The notes under the pieces: generated by a model
Seen by the model: only the letters and a program-made list of their open reading frames with translations
What the model was told of the DNA's origin: nothing
Database searches by the model: none
DNA from: an uncultured Verrucomicrobiae bacterium
GTDB lineage: Bacteria; Verrucomicrobiota; Verrucomicrobiia; Chthoniobacterales; UBA10450
NCBI GenBank assembly: GCA_963726745.1
Contig: CAVSDR010000003.1
Coordinates: 864,001-928,000, forward strand
Length of the DNA stretch: 64,000 nt
Reading direction: 5' to 3'
Shown: positions 9,944 through 21,268 of the stretch, piece by piece
Numbering within the stretch: position 1 is the first letter of the stretch
Layout of the letters: each line of letters opens with the position of its first letter
Translations under genes and position numbers: made by a program

Positions 9944-12900
9944 ATGATCCAACTCAAACCCGGCCTCCAACCCGCTTCCTTCTCGTCTTCCGCCAAGCCG
10001 CGCGTGCGCAGCAAGAGCCGGAACCGAAAAAAGCCGGCCGGCCTCCGCTTTGACCGCGTTTTCAGCAACGCCAAAGTCGCGCCGTTCGACCAGATCGAAT
10101 GGGAAAAACGCACCGCGGAGATCACCGACGACGCCGGAAAAGTGATCTTCAAGCAGGAGAACATCGAGGTGCCGAAGTCGTGGAGCGCGCTCGCGACCAA
10201 GATCGCGGTCTCGAAGTATTTCTACGGCGACATCGCCAACGGGACCGATCCGCTCAAGGGCGGCCGCGAAACCTCGGTGCGTCAGCTGATTCACCGCGTC
10301 ACCCGCACGATCACCGACTGGGGCATTGCCGACGGCTATTTCGCCGACGCCGCGACCGCAGAAACGTTTTACGACGAGCTCACCTGGCTCTGCCTGAACC
10401 AACATGGCGCCTTCAATTCGCCGGTCTGGTTTAACGTCGGCCTCTACCACCAATACGGCACCGGCCGCGAGGCGGGGCTGGGCAATTTCTTCTTCAACCG
10501 CGAAACCGGCCAGGCTGAGCGCGCGACCTCGCAGTACGAGTATCCGCAGGGCAGCGCCTGCTTCATCCAGAGCGTGGAAGACACCATGGAAGACATCATG
10601 CGCCTGGCGATGAGCGAGGCGATGCTCTTCAAATACGGCAGCGGTACCGGCAGCGATTTGTCCACCCTGCGGAGCACGCGCGAAAAGCTCAGCGGCGGCG
10701 GGAAACCGAGCGGCCCGCTCTCGTTCCTCAAGGTCTACGACCAGGTGGCGAACGTGGTGAAGAGCGGCGGCAAAACTCGCCGCGCGGCGAAGATGAACAC
10801 GCTCAAGGACTGGCATCCGGACATCGAGGAATTCATCGATGCGAAGCAGAACGAGGAGCGCAAAGCCTGGGCCTTGATCGAGCAGGGTTACGACGGCAGC
10901 TACAACGGCGAAGCCTACGGCTCGGTGATGTATCAGAACGAAAACCTGAGCGTGCGCGTGAGCGACGAGTTCATGAACGCCGCGGTCGAAGGCCGTGAAT
11001 GGTGGACCAAGCGCGTGCGCGACGGCGTTCCCTGCGACAAGAAAGATGCGCGCACCCTCCTGCGGAAAATCGCCGAGGGAACGCACGTCTGCGGCGATCC
11101 CGGGATGCAGTTCGACACCACGATCCACAAGTGGCACACCTGCAAAGGCACCGCCCGGCAGAACTCGACCAATCCCTGCAGCGAATACCTGTTCCTCGAC
11201 AACACCGCCTGCAATCTCGCCTCGCTCAACTTGATGAAGTTCAAGGGCGCGGACGGCGTTTTCGCGGTCGAGCGCTTCAAGGCAGCTTGCCGGCTGTTTA
11301 TCACCGCCCAGGAAATCCTGGTCGATAACGCCAGCTACCCGATCAAGGAGATCGCCGAGAATTCGCACATCTTCCGCACCCTCGGCCTCGGCTTCGCCAA
11401 TCTCGGCTCGCTCATCATGAGCTACGGCTACGGCTACGACAGCGCGGAAGGCCGCGCGCTCGGCGGCGCGATCACCTCGATCATGACCGGCGAAGCCTAC
11501 GAGCAGAGCGCGCGCATGGCCAAGGCGATGGGCCCCTTCCCCGGCTACCGCGACGCGCGTTGCAGCGGCGTGGCCAAGCCAAAGGCGAAGGACAACGTCG
11601 CGCCGATGCAGGAAGTGATCGAACTCCACCGCGCGGCGGTGAACGAGATCCAGCCGAACGAAGAGTTCGCCTACCTGAAGGACGAAGCCGCGAAAGTCTG
11701 GGACTCGGCCGCCTCGTTAGGCCAGAAGCACGGCTACCGGAACGCGCAGGTCACCGTCCTCGCGCCCACGGGCACGATCAGCTTCCTGATGGACTGCGAC
11801 ACCACCGGGATCGAGCCCGACATCGCGCTGGTTAAATACAAACTCCTGGCCGGCGGCGGCATGCTCAAGATCGTCAACCAGACGGTGAAACCCGCGCTCG
11901 AGAAACTGGGTTACAACTCCGAGGAGATCGAGCGGATCATCGCCCACATCGATGCCTGCGACACGATCGAGGACGTGACCGACAGCGACGGCTCGACGAT
12001 CTCTTCCGGGCTCAAGCCGGAGCATCTCGCGATCTTTGACTGCGCTTTCAAGCCGCACCGCGGCCAGCGTTCGTTAGGCTACATGGCGCACTTGCGGATG
12101 ATGGCGGCCGCGCAGCCCTTCCTGAGCGGCGCGATCTCGAAGACGGTCAACATGCCGGAGACGGCCACGGTCGACGAAATCATGCACACCTACGTCGAAG
12201 GCTGGCGCCTCGGCCTGAAGGCGATCGCGATTTACCGCGACGGCTCGAAGCGTTCCGCGCCCTTGAACACCAAAAAGACCAAGGACATGGGCGGCCTCAT
12301 GGAAGCGGCGGCGATCGCTCGAGCGGCCGGAGCAGGCGCTCGAGCTGCGCATCCTCGAACTCGAGAACGAGATCAGCAATCTCCGCGGCAAACCGACCCG
12401 CCACCGCATGCCCGACACGCGCATGTCGCTGACGCACAAGTTCGAGATCGCGGGCCACGAAGGCTACATCACCGTCGGCCTCTACGAGGACGGCATGCCC
12501 GGCGAGCTCTTCATCCAGATGGCCAAGGAAGGCAGCACCATCGGCGGCTTGATGGACACGGTGGCTACGCTCACCTCGCTCTCGCTGCAATACGGCGTGC
12601 CGCTGGAATCGATGGTCAAGAAGTTCGCCTACCAGCGCTTTGAGCCGAGCGGTTTCACCAAGAATCCCGACATCCGCAACGCCACCAGCATCACCGATTA
12701 CGTCTTCCGCTGGCTCGGGTGCCAGTTCATCAAAGGCTACAAGGAAGCGACCGCGCCCCATCGGACGCAGCCGGAATTGCCGATGAAGGAAATCCCGGAC
12801 ATGGAGAAGAAGGCGGTCAATCGCCCGGTCTCCGACCTGCCGCGGACCGCGGAGAAGGAAGTGCTCGACGTGATCACGAACCACGTCTCGAACGACGGCT

Positions 12901-13067
12901 TACCGAGTGTGAACGGCGGGGGCCACACCCACGCCGAGCGCGTGAAGGAAGCGCTTGGCTCGACCTTCATGGAAACGCCCTGCTCCCATTGCGGGAGCGA
13001 GAAAGTGATCCGGGCCGGCGCCTGCGGCGTCTGCACCGAGTGCGGCACGAGCCAGGGCTGCAGCTAG
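9944..13067 (+). CDS. nrdJ: Vitamin B12-dependent class II ribonucleotide reductase (apparent frameshift near 12320)
   Basis: FNSPVWFNVG, PQGSACFI, TNPCSEY, APTGTISF, SGAISKTVN, YRDGSK. The C-terminal TSCPD/Zn-ribbon part (HEGYITVG...CSHCG...CTECGTSQGCS) is in ORF 12408..13067. Confidence 0.92.
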
Positions 13068-13092
13068 CCCCAACCTCAGTCGCTCAAGAAAG

Positions 13093-13125
13093 AAGGCGCG
13101 CGGGATTACACCCGCGCGCCTTTTT
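13093..13125. terminator. Intrinsic terminator between convergent genes
   Basis: AAGGCGCGCGGG-attaca-CCCGCGCGCCTT followed by a T run, with an A-rich run on the other side. Confidence 0.8.
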
Positions 13126-13146
13126 GTTGAGCCGCCCGCGACGCGG

Positions 13147-16100
13147 TTACGGATTGATTCCGTTGCCCGCTTTGCTCCGCACGATGATGGCGTCGCCGCC
13201 GTTGATCGTGCCGTCGCGGTTGACGTCGTAGCGGAAGTTCGTCCCGTCAGTCAACTGGCCGGAATTGCTGCGCGTTTGCTGGGCATCACCCGCGTTGACC
13301 GTGCCGTCGCCGCTGGTGTCGCCGATGAGGAAGCCCATGACGGCGTTGACTGAGCTTAGGACCCCGCCGCCGGTGACTGCCGTTACATTGGTCGCAGTGA
13401 GGGTGAGCTTCTGCTGATCGCCCACGCCGGTGAGATTAACCAGCATGTCGTTTCCGCTGAAGGTGACCGCGCCCGCGGTGCCGACACCGGCCGAGACGGA
13501 AGCATTTCCGCTCTGCAACGGCCGGTCGAAATGCAGCACGGCGGTGAAGTTGCCGCCAGTCCTCGGCTCCACGCCGGAACCATTGAGGAGCATTTCGGTG
13601 TCAAACGAGCCGGCTGCGCCGTGGGCCGCGCGGGTGCCCGCGCCGATGAGCACCGGCACGCCCGGCACCGCGGCGCTGCAGGCATTGGGCAGGCGAACGT
13701 TGCTCACGCCAATGTCGTCCAGGTAAAAGCCTTTAAACTGCGCGCCGGGATCCGAGACGAAGCGCCAGCGGAACTGGATGGTGTCTCCCGGCGCGAGGCC
13801 CGTGAGCAGATGGCAGCGCCGTCCATAGCTGGTGATGTCCGCCGTGGTCCAGGTGTTGCAATCCACCCCGCCAGCCGCCGCCGGCCCGGTGATGACCGTC
13901 TTGGAGGCCGGGTAGCCGCAGGCGTTCGCCGCGGGCGAACCCGTGCAATCGAGCGCGGCGTAATCCGCAGTGATGTCGGAGACCATGCATCCATTAGCCG
14001 TCGAGTTGGTCGGCGCAGGCACGTCCGTCCAGGGACCGCCGTTGCGCGAGTATTCGATCGCGACGCCATCCCAGCCCTTCTCGAGCTGGTGCCGTTCCCA
14101 ATAGGTGAGGTTGATCGAGCTCGCGCCCACGGTAAGCACGGGCGTCTCCGCGGCGGAACATTGGTTGTTGGCGTAAAGCGCGTTCGGGCCCGGGCCGGTG
14201 TTGCGATAGGCGTAGCCGCCGCCGCTGGTGTGGTTCGCGCCTGCGTCATCGGCGGTTTTCACGATCCGCCAGGTCGCGTCCGTGGTATTGCCGGCGCCGC
14301 TGGGATTCAGCCGCAGGAAGGAAGTGGCGTCGCCGCCGCCATCCGTCCATGCGCCGGGAGAGGCCGACGTGCCGGCAGCGTAGGCAGTGCCGGCGACGTG
14401 TAGGTTATTCAAGTCCTCGTTGCCGCCGCAGGCGCCGCCATTGCCGGTGGTATTATCCTCCGCGCGCACCACGTAGTAGTAGGTATTCCCGCCGATGAGG
14501 TTGTCGGTGTCGGTATAGCTGGTTCCTGCCAAACAGCCGGCCACACGGTTCGCCGGTGCGGGTGTGAAATCCGGCACGGTGCCGCGGTAGACATTGTAAC
14601 GCAGGGTCGAATTGAGCGGGCAACCAGCGGACCCCGGCGTCCAGTTGAGCGTGATCCCACAAGCCGGGCCATCGAGACTGCTGGCGCGGTTCAAACCCGC
14701 GAAGGTCGGCCGGATGGTGCAATTCCCCGTGGCGGTCGCGCTGGCGGCGCTGCTGCGCACGAGCGCCTGGCAACGTCCGGCGCCATCGGTCGCCGCAAGC
14801 ACGCGATAACTATAGGTCACGCCTCCTTGCACCGTGGTGTCGGTAAAGCTGGTCGCCGAGCCAGCGACAAAGCCGACCGGCTGGTAAAGCCCTTCGCTCC
14901 CGGCGGCGCCGAGGGCACGCTCGATCGCGTAACTGCCCGGCGCGGGAGAAATAGCCGACCAGTTCACCTGGAGCTGGTTCGGACCTATGGCCGAGACCGC
15001 GCCGATGACAGGCGCGCTTGTGGGCCGCGCCGTGCAAGTCGTCGGCTGGCATTGCCCCGCGGGAAAAGCAGCCGAACCCACGCGCGTGTGCCAGTTGGCG
15101 TTGGAGGTGCCGCCGGCGGCGTAATACTCGTTTACGTGCCAGAAAGTGCAGTCGTCCGCGGGATCGATGCTCGTGCTGGTGTAATCGCCCCAGCGTCCCG
15201 GCGAAAGACCGGCGGGATCATTCACGATGTTGCGCGTGCCGGTGAAGATGATCGCCTCGGGCGCGGTCATGGTCCCGAGCGGGTCGGCCTTCGCCCGGGC
15301 GGTGTAGCGGATGGAATGCGCGTCCGTCAGTTCCACCGTTCCGGTGGCGCTGTAACCCACGAGAATGTTTTCCCCGCCATCCATCGCGATCGATGGCATC
15401 CAGCGCGAGCGCCCATTCGGCGCATCCGCCACGGTGCCCTGCTGGTAGGTGCAAGGGTAGGTCGCGCAGACCGCATCGGGCGTTCCAGAAATCCGGAAGT
15501 CATACCAGCGCACCCCGGAGACCACGCCCGCGATGTTTGGATCGACCGAATGAGAAACAACCAGCGACTCGTGATCGACGAAGTTGCGGTAGGCCAGGCG
15601 GAACATCAGCCGGTCGGCCAGCGAATCGATCGTAAAGGCGCTTTGCGGCTGCGGAATGCAATTGCCGCCCCCGCAGGCGGCGCTGGCCGCGGCGATTGGC
15701 ATTTTCGCCTGCAACGTGCGCGTGGTGTTGGCCGCGTTCGCGAAGTCCACCTTCATTCGATAGAGATACATCCCATCGGAGTGGATCGAGGTGAAGATGC
15801 CGGGTGCGCCGCCCGGCGGCGGGGCGAAGCCGTCCAAGTCTGCCGGCAAATGCCCGCCCTCGAGCGGGTCCACAATCACCTGCCAGGTCGCCGTCGGATT
15901 GCCCGCGAGCATCTTCGTGCGGTCCATCGCGCCGAAGAGACCGCCGACGAAGCCGCCGGAGGTGTTCACGAAATTGTGCGCCATCACGTAATAAGCGTCG
16001 GTCCAGACGCCGTAGTGCGGATAGTCGCCGAAGTTGCCATTCGGCACCGCAAAGGCGTAGCGCGCATAGGTCCCCGCGGCATTGGCCGAGGTCGAGACAG

Positions 16101-16932
16101 CGACGCATTGATAATAGAAACCGCCCGAGACCGCGGAGGTAAACTGCGAGATCATCCAGCGGTTCGCGACCTTGTCATACAGCACCACGGGGTCGCCGGA
16201 GTTTTGCGTCTGGCAAGGCCCGCCAAAGCCGGCCCAGAGGGTGTTGATGTTCACCGGCCCCACGATCGAGGTCGCGACCTTGGTCGTGCGATTGAGCGAC
16301 CAGACCTGGTAGCGCGAGTTCACCGTCTCAACGTATTGGTCATTCCCGACCGAGCCGTTGTTGTCCGGCGGGAAGCTATTCGACCCGGCGATGCCCTCGA
16401 AGTTAAAGCCGGCCACCGGCGCCGCGGCCGTGGTCACCAGGCGGCTGGCGGTTTTTGCCGCGGGCGCGACTTGCGTTACCGGGTCCGACAGCTCGGAGCG
16501 CGGGATGCGCGCGGCCGGTAATTCCAGTTCTGGCAACTGCTCGGCCGCGGGCTCGGGCAGCGCGATCTTGGCCAGCTCCGTCAGCGGCGGCGAGAGGTCG
16601 AAATTAGCCGGCGAGATCGAGTAGACCGTCTGGCCCATGCGATTTGTCGCTTCGCGCACGGTCGGATGCTGCGGGAGATTTTGCGCCCGCGGCGCGCTCG
16701 CCGCCGGGGCGGAGGCTCCCACGGTGGTCATGGCCGCGCTGCCGCGCACGCTTTCACCCTTCTTCTTTAGGAGCGCCAGGTTGCTGGCTATTTTTGGCGG
16801 CGCTTTGTCGATGGGATTTGGCAGCGCGCCCAGCGCCAGGAGCGCCAGGAGGCTGCCGATGAGGCAAAACGTCAGTGCGAGCAACGCACGGATGCCGAAG
16901 AAAGCGGAAGGGACAGAGGGTGTTCTTTTCAT
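13147..16932 (-). CDS. Large secreted protein with FN3-like repeats and a C-terminal dockerin-like module
   Basis: Start [26 protein letters not shown] (signal peptide); [32 protein letters not shown] motifs; FN3-like [36 protein letters not shown] repeats. The ORF-track extension to 17478 overlaps dctA and is rejected. Confidence 0.8.
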   Translation of the reverse strand: MKRTPSVPSAFFGIRALLALTFCLIGSLLALLALGALPNPIDKAPPKIASNLALLKKKGESVRGSAAMTTVGASAPAASAPRAQNLPQHPTVREATNRMGQTVYSISPANFDLSPPLTELAKIALPEPAAEQLPELELPAARIPRSELSDPVTQVAPAAKTASRLVTTAAAPVAGFNFEGIAGSNSFPPDNNGSVGNDQYVETVNSRYQVWSLNRTTKVATSIVGPVNINTLWAGFGGPCQTQNSGDPVVLYDKVANRWMISQFTSAVSGGFYYQCVAVSTSANAAGTYARYAFAVPNGNFGDYPHYGVWTDAYYVMAHNFVNTSGGFVGGLFGAMDRTKMLAGNPTATWQVIVDPLEGGHLPADLDGFAPPPGGAPGIFTSIHSDGMYLYRMKVDFANAANTTRTLQAKMPIAAASAACGGGNCIPQPQSAFTIDSLADRLMFRLAYRNFVDHESLVVSHSVDPNIAGVVSGVRWYDFRISGTPDAVCATYPCTYQQGTVADAPNGRSRWMPSIAMDGGENILVGYSATGTVELTDAHSIRYTARAKADPLGTMTAPEAIIFTGTRNIVNDPAGLSPGRWGDYTSTSIDPADDCTFWHVNEYYAAGGTSNANWHTRVGSAAFPAGQCQPTTCTARPTSAPVIGAVSAIGPNQLQVNWSAISPAPGSYAIERALGAAGSEGLYQPVGFVAGSATSFTDTTVQGGVTYSYRVLAATDGAGRCQALVRSSAASATATGNCTIRPTFAGLNRASSLDGPACGITLNWTPGSAGCPLNSTLRYNVYRGTVPDFTPAPANRVAGCLAGTSYTDTDNLIGGNTYYYVVRAEDNTTGNGGACGGNEDLNNLHVAGTAYAAGTSASPGAWTDGGGDATSFLRLNPSGAGNTTDATWRIVKTADDAGANHTSGGGYAYRNTGPGPNALYANNQCSAAETPVLTVGASSINLTYWERHQLEKGWDGVAIEYSRNGGPWTDVPAPTNSTANGCMVSDITADYAALDCTGSPAANACGYPASKTVITGPAAAGGVDCNTWTTADITSYGRRCHLLTGLAPGDTIQFRWRFVSDPGAQFKGFYLDDIGVSNVRLPNACSAAVPGVPVLIGAGTRAAHGAAGSFDTEMLLNGSGVEPRTGGNFTAVLHFDRPLQSGNASVSAGVGTAGAVTFSGNDMLVNLTGVGDQQKLTLTATNVTAVTGGGVLSSVNAVMGFLIGDTSGDGTVNAGDAQQTRSNSGQLTDGTNFRYDVNRDGTINGGDAIIVRSKAGNGINP

Positions 16933-17076
16933 AGTTTGGGACGGAGGTTCGCGCGAGCGCCAGCATGTCAGATTGGGCCCGCTGGTGGCAGCAAAAAACT
17001 GCGCGACCACGTCTGGCCCGCGCGAAGAGGATTGCGCCCAAGCCCGCTCCGCGCTTCCAATGCCGGGCCAGTGCCC

Positions 17077-18387
17077 ATGATCTCCGCCTCGCCTGCTTCC
17101 CGCCGCCCTTGGTATCGCGTTCTCTATCTTCAGGTGCTGGTCGCGGTCGCACTCGGCATTCTCGTGGGCCATTTCTTCCCCGAGTTTGGCCGGGCGCTCA
17201 AGCCGCTCGGCGACGGCTTCATCCGCCTGGTGAAAATGATCATCGCCCCGATCATTTTTTGCACCGTGGTCCACGGGATCGCCTCGATGCGCGACCTGAA
17301 AAAGCTCGGGCGCGTCGGCGGCAAGACGCTGCTCTACTTCGAGGTCGTTTCCACGATTGCGCTCCTCATCGGCCTGGTGGTGGTCAACCTCCTCAAGCCC
17401 GGCGCCGGCTTCAACATCGACCCGCGCACGCTCGATCCGGGGATCGGGCGCGGCTACGCCCAGGCGGCGCAAAACCACTCGTTAGTCGACTTCCTGCTCA
17501 ACATCATTCCCCGCTCTTTCTTCGACGCTTTCGCCACCGGCGATCTCCTTCAGGTTCTGCTCGTTTCCATTCTCACCGCCTTCGCCATTTCCTTCCTCGG
17601 TCCGCGCGGGCAACCAATCCTGCGCGTGGTCGCGACCGGCGCGGAAATCTTTTTCGGGATCATGCGCCTGATCGTAAAAGTGGCGCCGCTGGCCGCCTTT
17701 GGCGCGATGGGATTTACCGTCGGCAGCTACGGCCTGGGCGCACTCCATCGCCTGCTCGCGCTCATGCTCGGCTTTTACCTCACCGCCGGCATTTTCGTGC
17801 TGGTGGTCCTGGGCACGATCGCGGCCGCGGCCGGCTTCTCGATCTTTCGCTACCTCGATTACATCAAGGAGGAAATCCTGCTCGTTCTCGGCACCAGCTC
17901 CTCGGAAACCGCGCTTCCGGGAATGCTGGCAAAATTGCGCCGGCTCGGCTGCGCCGAATCGACCGTCGGCCTGGTCATTCCCACGGGCTACAGCTTCAAC
18001 CTCGACGGCACCAACATCTACATGACCATGGCCGCGATCTTCCTCGCGCAGGCCACGAATACGCCGCTCGACCTTCGCCAGCAGCTCACGCTGCTCCTCG
18101 TCGCGATGATCTCCTCCAAGGGCGCCAGCGGCGTCACCGGCGCGGGCTTTGTCACGCTCGCGGCCACCTTATCGGCCGTGCCGGTGATCCCGATCGAAGC
18201 GCTCGCGCTCCTCGTGGGGATCGATCGTTTCATGAGCGAGTGCCGCGCGGTGACGAACCTCATCGGCAATGGCGTGGCCACGATCGTAATCAGCCGCTGG
18301 GAGGGCGAGGTCACGCCGGCGCAGTTGCGGGAGAAATTGCGCACGCCGGCGAGCTTCCTCGATCTCACGCCCGAAGGCGCTGGCTAA
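17077..18387 (+). CDS. dctA: C4-dicarboxylate:cation symporter (DAACS family)
   Basis: [58 protein letters not shown]. Confidence 0.92.
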   Translation: MISASPASRRPWYRVLYLQVLVAVALGILVGHFFPEFGRALKPLGDGFIRLVKMIIAPIIFCTVVHGIASMRDLKKLGRVGGKTLLYFEVVSTIALLIGLVVVNLLKPGAGFNIDPRTLDPGIGRGYAQAAQNHSLVDFLLNIIPRSFFDAFATGDLLQVLLVSILTAFAISFLGPRGQPILRVVATGAEIFFGIMRLIVKVAPLAAFGAMGFTVGSYGLGALHRLLALMLGFYLTAGIFVLVVLGTIAAAAGFSIFRYLDYIKEEILLVLGTSSSETALPGMLAKLRRLGCAESTVGLVIPTGYSFNLDGTNIYMTMAAIFLAQATNTPLDLRQQLTLLLVAMISSKGASGVTGAGFVTLAATLSAVPVIPIEALALLVGIDRFMSECRAVTNLIGNGVATIVISRWEGEVTPAQLREKLRTPASFLDLTPEGAG

Positions 18388-19283
18388 ATGCCGCGCGGAG
18401 GCGTCGGGCGGCGGAAAATCATCCACACGCCCAGGAGCACGAGCGCGCCGCCTGCGAGTTGCCAGAGCGAAAAACTCTCGCCGCCCAGCAGCCATCCGAT
18501 GGCGACGGCGCCCGGCGGAGTAATCAGCGAGATCGTCTGGAGCTTGTTCACCGCGATTCGCGGGAGCAGCCAGTAGAGCAGGAGAAAGGTCAGCGCCGAG
18601 CCGACGATCGCGAGATAAAGCAGGCAAAAAACCGCCAGCCCGCTCCAATGGAAGGCGAGCGGGTTTCCCTCCACCACCAGCCCGAGCGCAAGCAGCGGCA
18701 CCGCGCCGAAGATCATTTGCCAGGCGGCGATCATCGCCGGCGCCAGCGCGAGCGCGCGCTGCTTCAGGAGCACATTCGAGAACGCCGCGCCCGCGCCGCC
18801 GAGCGCGATCCCCAGCCCGCCCCAGAACGGCAGCGCGCCGCTGTGCGAAAAAAGCCGCGCGCAGATCAAAGCCACGCCCGCGATCGCCACCAAAGCGCCG
18901 CCTAATTGCCGCCCGCGCAGCGGTTCCGCCGGGAGCAGCCAGTGCGCGAAGACCATCCCGAAGACCGGAATCGTGGCCTGCAAGACCGCGGCCAGGCCGG
19001 AGGAAACGTTGAGCTCGCCCCAGAAGAGCAGCCCGTAGTTCACCGTGAACATGAGCACGCCGGTAAAGCCGAGCAGCTGCCAGTCGGCCCGCGTTCTCGG
19101 CAGCAGCCGCACCCGGCCTAACGAGACCGCGACCAGGACCACGAACGCCAGGAGGAAGCGAATCGCGGCAAAAGAAATCGGCGGCAAATCCGCCAGCCCC
19201 ACCTTGATCGCGAGCCACGTCGAACTCCAGACGACGCAGAGCGTGGCGTAAGCCGCCAAGATTTTCCACCGGCCGGCGCCCAT
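18384..19283 (-). CDS. EamA/DMT family transporter
   Basis: About 10 TM helices, [22 protein letters not shown]. Confidence 0.88.
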   Translation of the reverse strand: MGAGRWKILAAYATLCVVWSSTWLAIKVGLADLPPISFAAIRFLLAFVVLVAVSLGRVRLLPRTRADWQLLGFTGVLMFTVNYGLLFWGELNVSSGLAAVLQATIPVFGMVFAHWLLPAEPLRGRQLGGALVAIAGVALICARLFSHSGALPFWGGLGIALGGAGAAFSNVLLKQRALALAPAMIAAWQMIFGAVPLLALGLVVEGNPLAFHWSGLAVFCLLYLAIVGSALTFLLLYWLLPRIAVNKLQTISLITPPGAVAIGWLLGGESFSLWQLAGGALVLLGVWMIFRRPTPPRGI

Positions 19284-19289
19284 TGTTCG

Positions 19290-20393
19290 TTAGGCCAGGA
19301 CCGCCGGCGCCGGGATTTCTTCACGCGGAAGCGTGATCGTAAACACGGAGCCTTCGCCGAGCGTGCTCTCGACCGTGAGATCGCCGCCCATCGCGCGCGT
19401 CAGCTCGCGGCTGATCGAAAGCCCCAGGCCGACGCCCCGTTGCCGCGAGTCGATCCGCTGCCGGTCCACCTGCACGAACGGCTCGAAGATGCGCTCGAGA
19501 TGTTCCGCCGGGATGCCGTAGCCGGTGTCGCGCACGCGGATGCAACCGCGCCGCGCAGCGGCCTCGCATTCCACCGAGACGAGGCCGCCACGCGCGGTGA
19601 ACTTGATCGCATTAGTCAGCAAGTTCAGCAGCACTTGCTGGAGCCGGTCGGGGTTCGCCCGCACCGCCAGGTCGGGGTCGCAACCAACTCGCGAATAGGC
19701 GATCCCGGCTTCGTGGAACTTTGGCGTGAGCAAGACCTCCGCCCGCTGGACCGCGCGCTGCACCGGCACCGTTTCGGTGCGCATCTCCGCCTGCCCGGAT
19801 TCCAGCCGGGCAAAGTCGAGAATGTCGTTTAACAGGCGCACCAGCTCCTCGCTCGCCTGCCGGATGGAGCGCAGGTCGCCGATCTGCTCCTCGTTCAAAG
19901 GACCACTCGCGCCAGTCGTAAGCAGGTCGCAGTAACCGGTGATCGCCTGCAGCGGCGTGCGCAATTCATGCGACATCATCGAGAGGAATTTCGCCTTCGT
20001 GTCGCTGGCTGTTTCCGCCAGTTTCCGCGCCTGGATCAATTCCTCCTCGAAGCGCGTCCGCTGGAGCATGCGCATGAAGATGCACTCGTTCACCGCTGCT
20101 GCGCCCCCGGTGCGCCGGACGGCGTTCGCCAGCACCGGGATGTCCGTGCCCGCGCGCGAACGGAGCGAAAGGTAAACCTCCTCCACCTCGCCCTTGAGCT
20201 TTAGGATCGGAAAGAAATGCGTGTGGTAAAAAATCTTTCCGCCCACTCCGCAAAGGAGCTCGAAGTGTTGTCCCACCAATTCCTCCGGTTCGTTGCCCAG
20301 GAGGTGCGCCAGGGTGCGATTGCACGCGGTGATCTTGCCGTCATCGGCAAAGGCGAGATACCCGCACGGGGCCTGGTCTAACGAGGGATCCAT
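19290..20393 (-). CDS. PAS-domain sensor histidine kinase
   Basis: N-terminal RsbP-like PAS (APCGYL...IFYHTHFFP), H-box SHELRTPL, N-box NLLTNAIKFT, G-boxes DTGYGI and GVGLGL. Confidence 0.9.
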   Translation of the reverse strand: MDPSLDQAPCGYLAFADDGKITACNRTLAHLLGNEPEELVGQHFELLCGVGGKIFYHTHFFPILKLKGEVEEVYLSLRSRAGTDIPVLANAVRRTGGAAAVNECIFMRMLQRTRFEEELIQARKLAETASDTKAKFLSMMSHELRTPLQAITGYCDLLTTGASGPLNEEQIGDLRSIRQASEELVRLLNDILDFARLESGQAEMRTETVPVQRAVQRAEVLLTPKFHEAGIAYSRVGCDPDLAVRANPDRLQQVLLNLLTNAIKFTARGGLVSVECEAAARRGCIRVRDTGYGIPAEHLERIFEPFVQVDRQRIDSRQRGVGLGLSISRELTRAMGGDLTVESTLGEGSVFTITLPREEIPAPAVLA

Positions 20394-20409
20394 CCGACAG
20401 GGGCCGCGC

Positions 20410-21213
20410 TCAAGCCGCCGCCAGATACTCGCGCATCACCGCGATGGTTTCGTCCGGATGGCTCATGTGCGGGCAATGCCCGATCGCCTCCATCTGATGG
20501 TAGGTGCTCCCTGCCAGGTGCGCCTCCAGGTAACGCCCGGCCGCCAGCGGCGCGATCGTGTCCTCGGAGCATTGCATGATCAACGAGGGCACGGTCGCGC
20601 GGTCAAGATCGGCCCGGTTATCGGACAGGAAAGTTACCTCGGCGAAGCGGCGTGCGATCTTCGGGTCGGTCGAGCAAAAGCTCTCCTCGAGCTCGGCCGC
20701 GAGCTCGGGGCGATCGGGGTTCTTCATTACTGCGGGCGCGAGGAAGCTGGCCCAGCCAAGGTAATTTTTATCCATCATCTCGAGCAGCCCCTCGATGTCC
20801 GCTCGCTCAAAGCCGCCCACGTAAGGCGGATCGTTGATGTAGGACGCCGAGGGCGCCACCAGCACCAACTGCTTAAAGCGTCCCGGCTCGCGATTCGCCG
20901 CGAGGATGCCGACGACGCTGCTGACGGAGTGGCCCACGAAAATCACCTCGTGCAGATCGGCCGCAGCGCAGATCTCGAGCACGTCCTGCGCGTAGCCCTC
21001 GAGCGAGTCGTAGCGTTTCGGATCGTACGCCGCGAGGTCGCTTTTCCCCGAGCCGACGTAATCGAAGAGCACGATCTTGTAGTCGCGCTCAAAGGCCGGT
21101 GTGATCCAGCGCCACATGTTTTGATCGCAGCCGAAACCGTGGGCAAAAAGCATCGGCTGCGTCCCTTGACCGAAGATGCGGACGTTGTTGCGGCGCAGAA
21201 TGTCGGCAGTCAC
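20410..21213 (-). CDS. RsbQ/KAI2/D14-like alpha/beta hydrolase
   Basis: RRNNV, FAHGFGCDQNMWR, FVGHSVS (Ser), SEDTIAP (Asp), GHCPHMSHP (His). Confidence 0.88.
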   Translation of the reverse strand: MTADILRRNNVRIFGQGTQPMLFAHGFGCDQNMWRWITPAFERDYKIVLFDYVGSGKSDLAAYDPKRYDSLEGYAQDVLEICAAADLHEVIFVGHSVSSVVGILAANREPGRFKQLVLVAPSASYINDPPYVGGFERADIEGLLEMMDKNYLGWASFLAPAVMKNPDRPELAAELEESFCSTDPKIARRFAEVTFLSDNRADLDRATVPSLIMQCSEDTIAPLAAGRYLEAHLAGSTYHQMEAIGHCPHMSHPDETIAVMREYLAAA

Positions 21214-21268
21214 CGGGGAAAGTTAAGCGGGGATGCGGCGCACGGGAAGCGTTTCCCCATCTTGCCGG

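Noticed and set aside
9920..11629. Long antisense or alternate-frame ORFs (e.g. 9920..11629, 14827..16521, 16965..18905, 33318..34364, 55888..57240)
   Set aside because: Shadow ORFs expected from high-GC codon bias opposite well-supported genes, with no recognisable motifs.
16933..17478. N-terminal extension of the 1443-aa ORF
   Set aside because: It is the antisense of dctA. A signal-peptide start at 16932 fits better.
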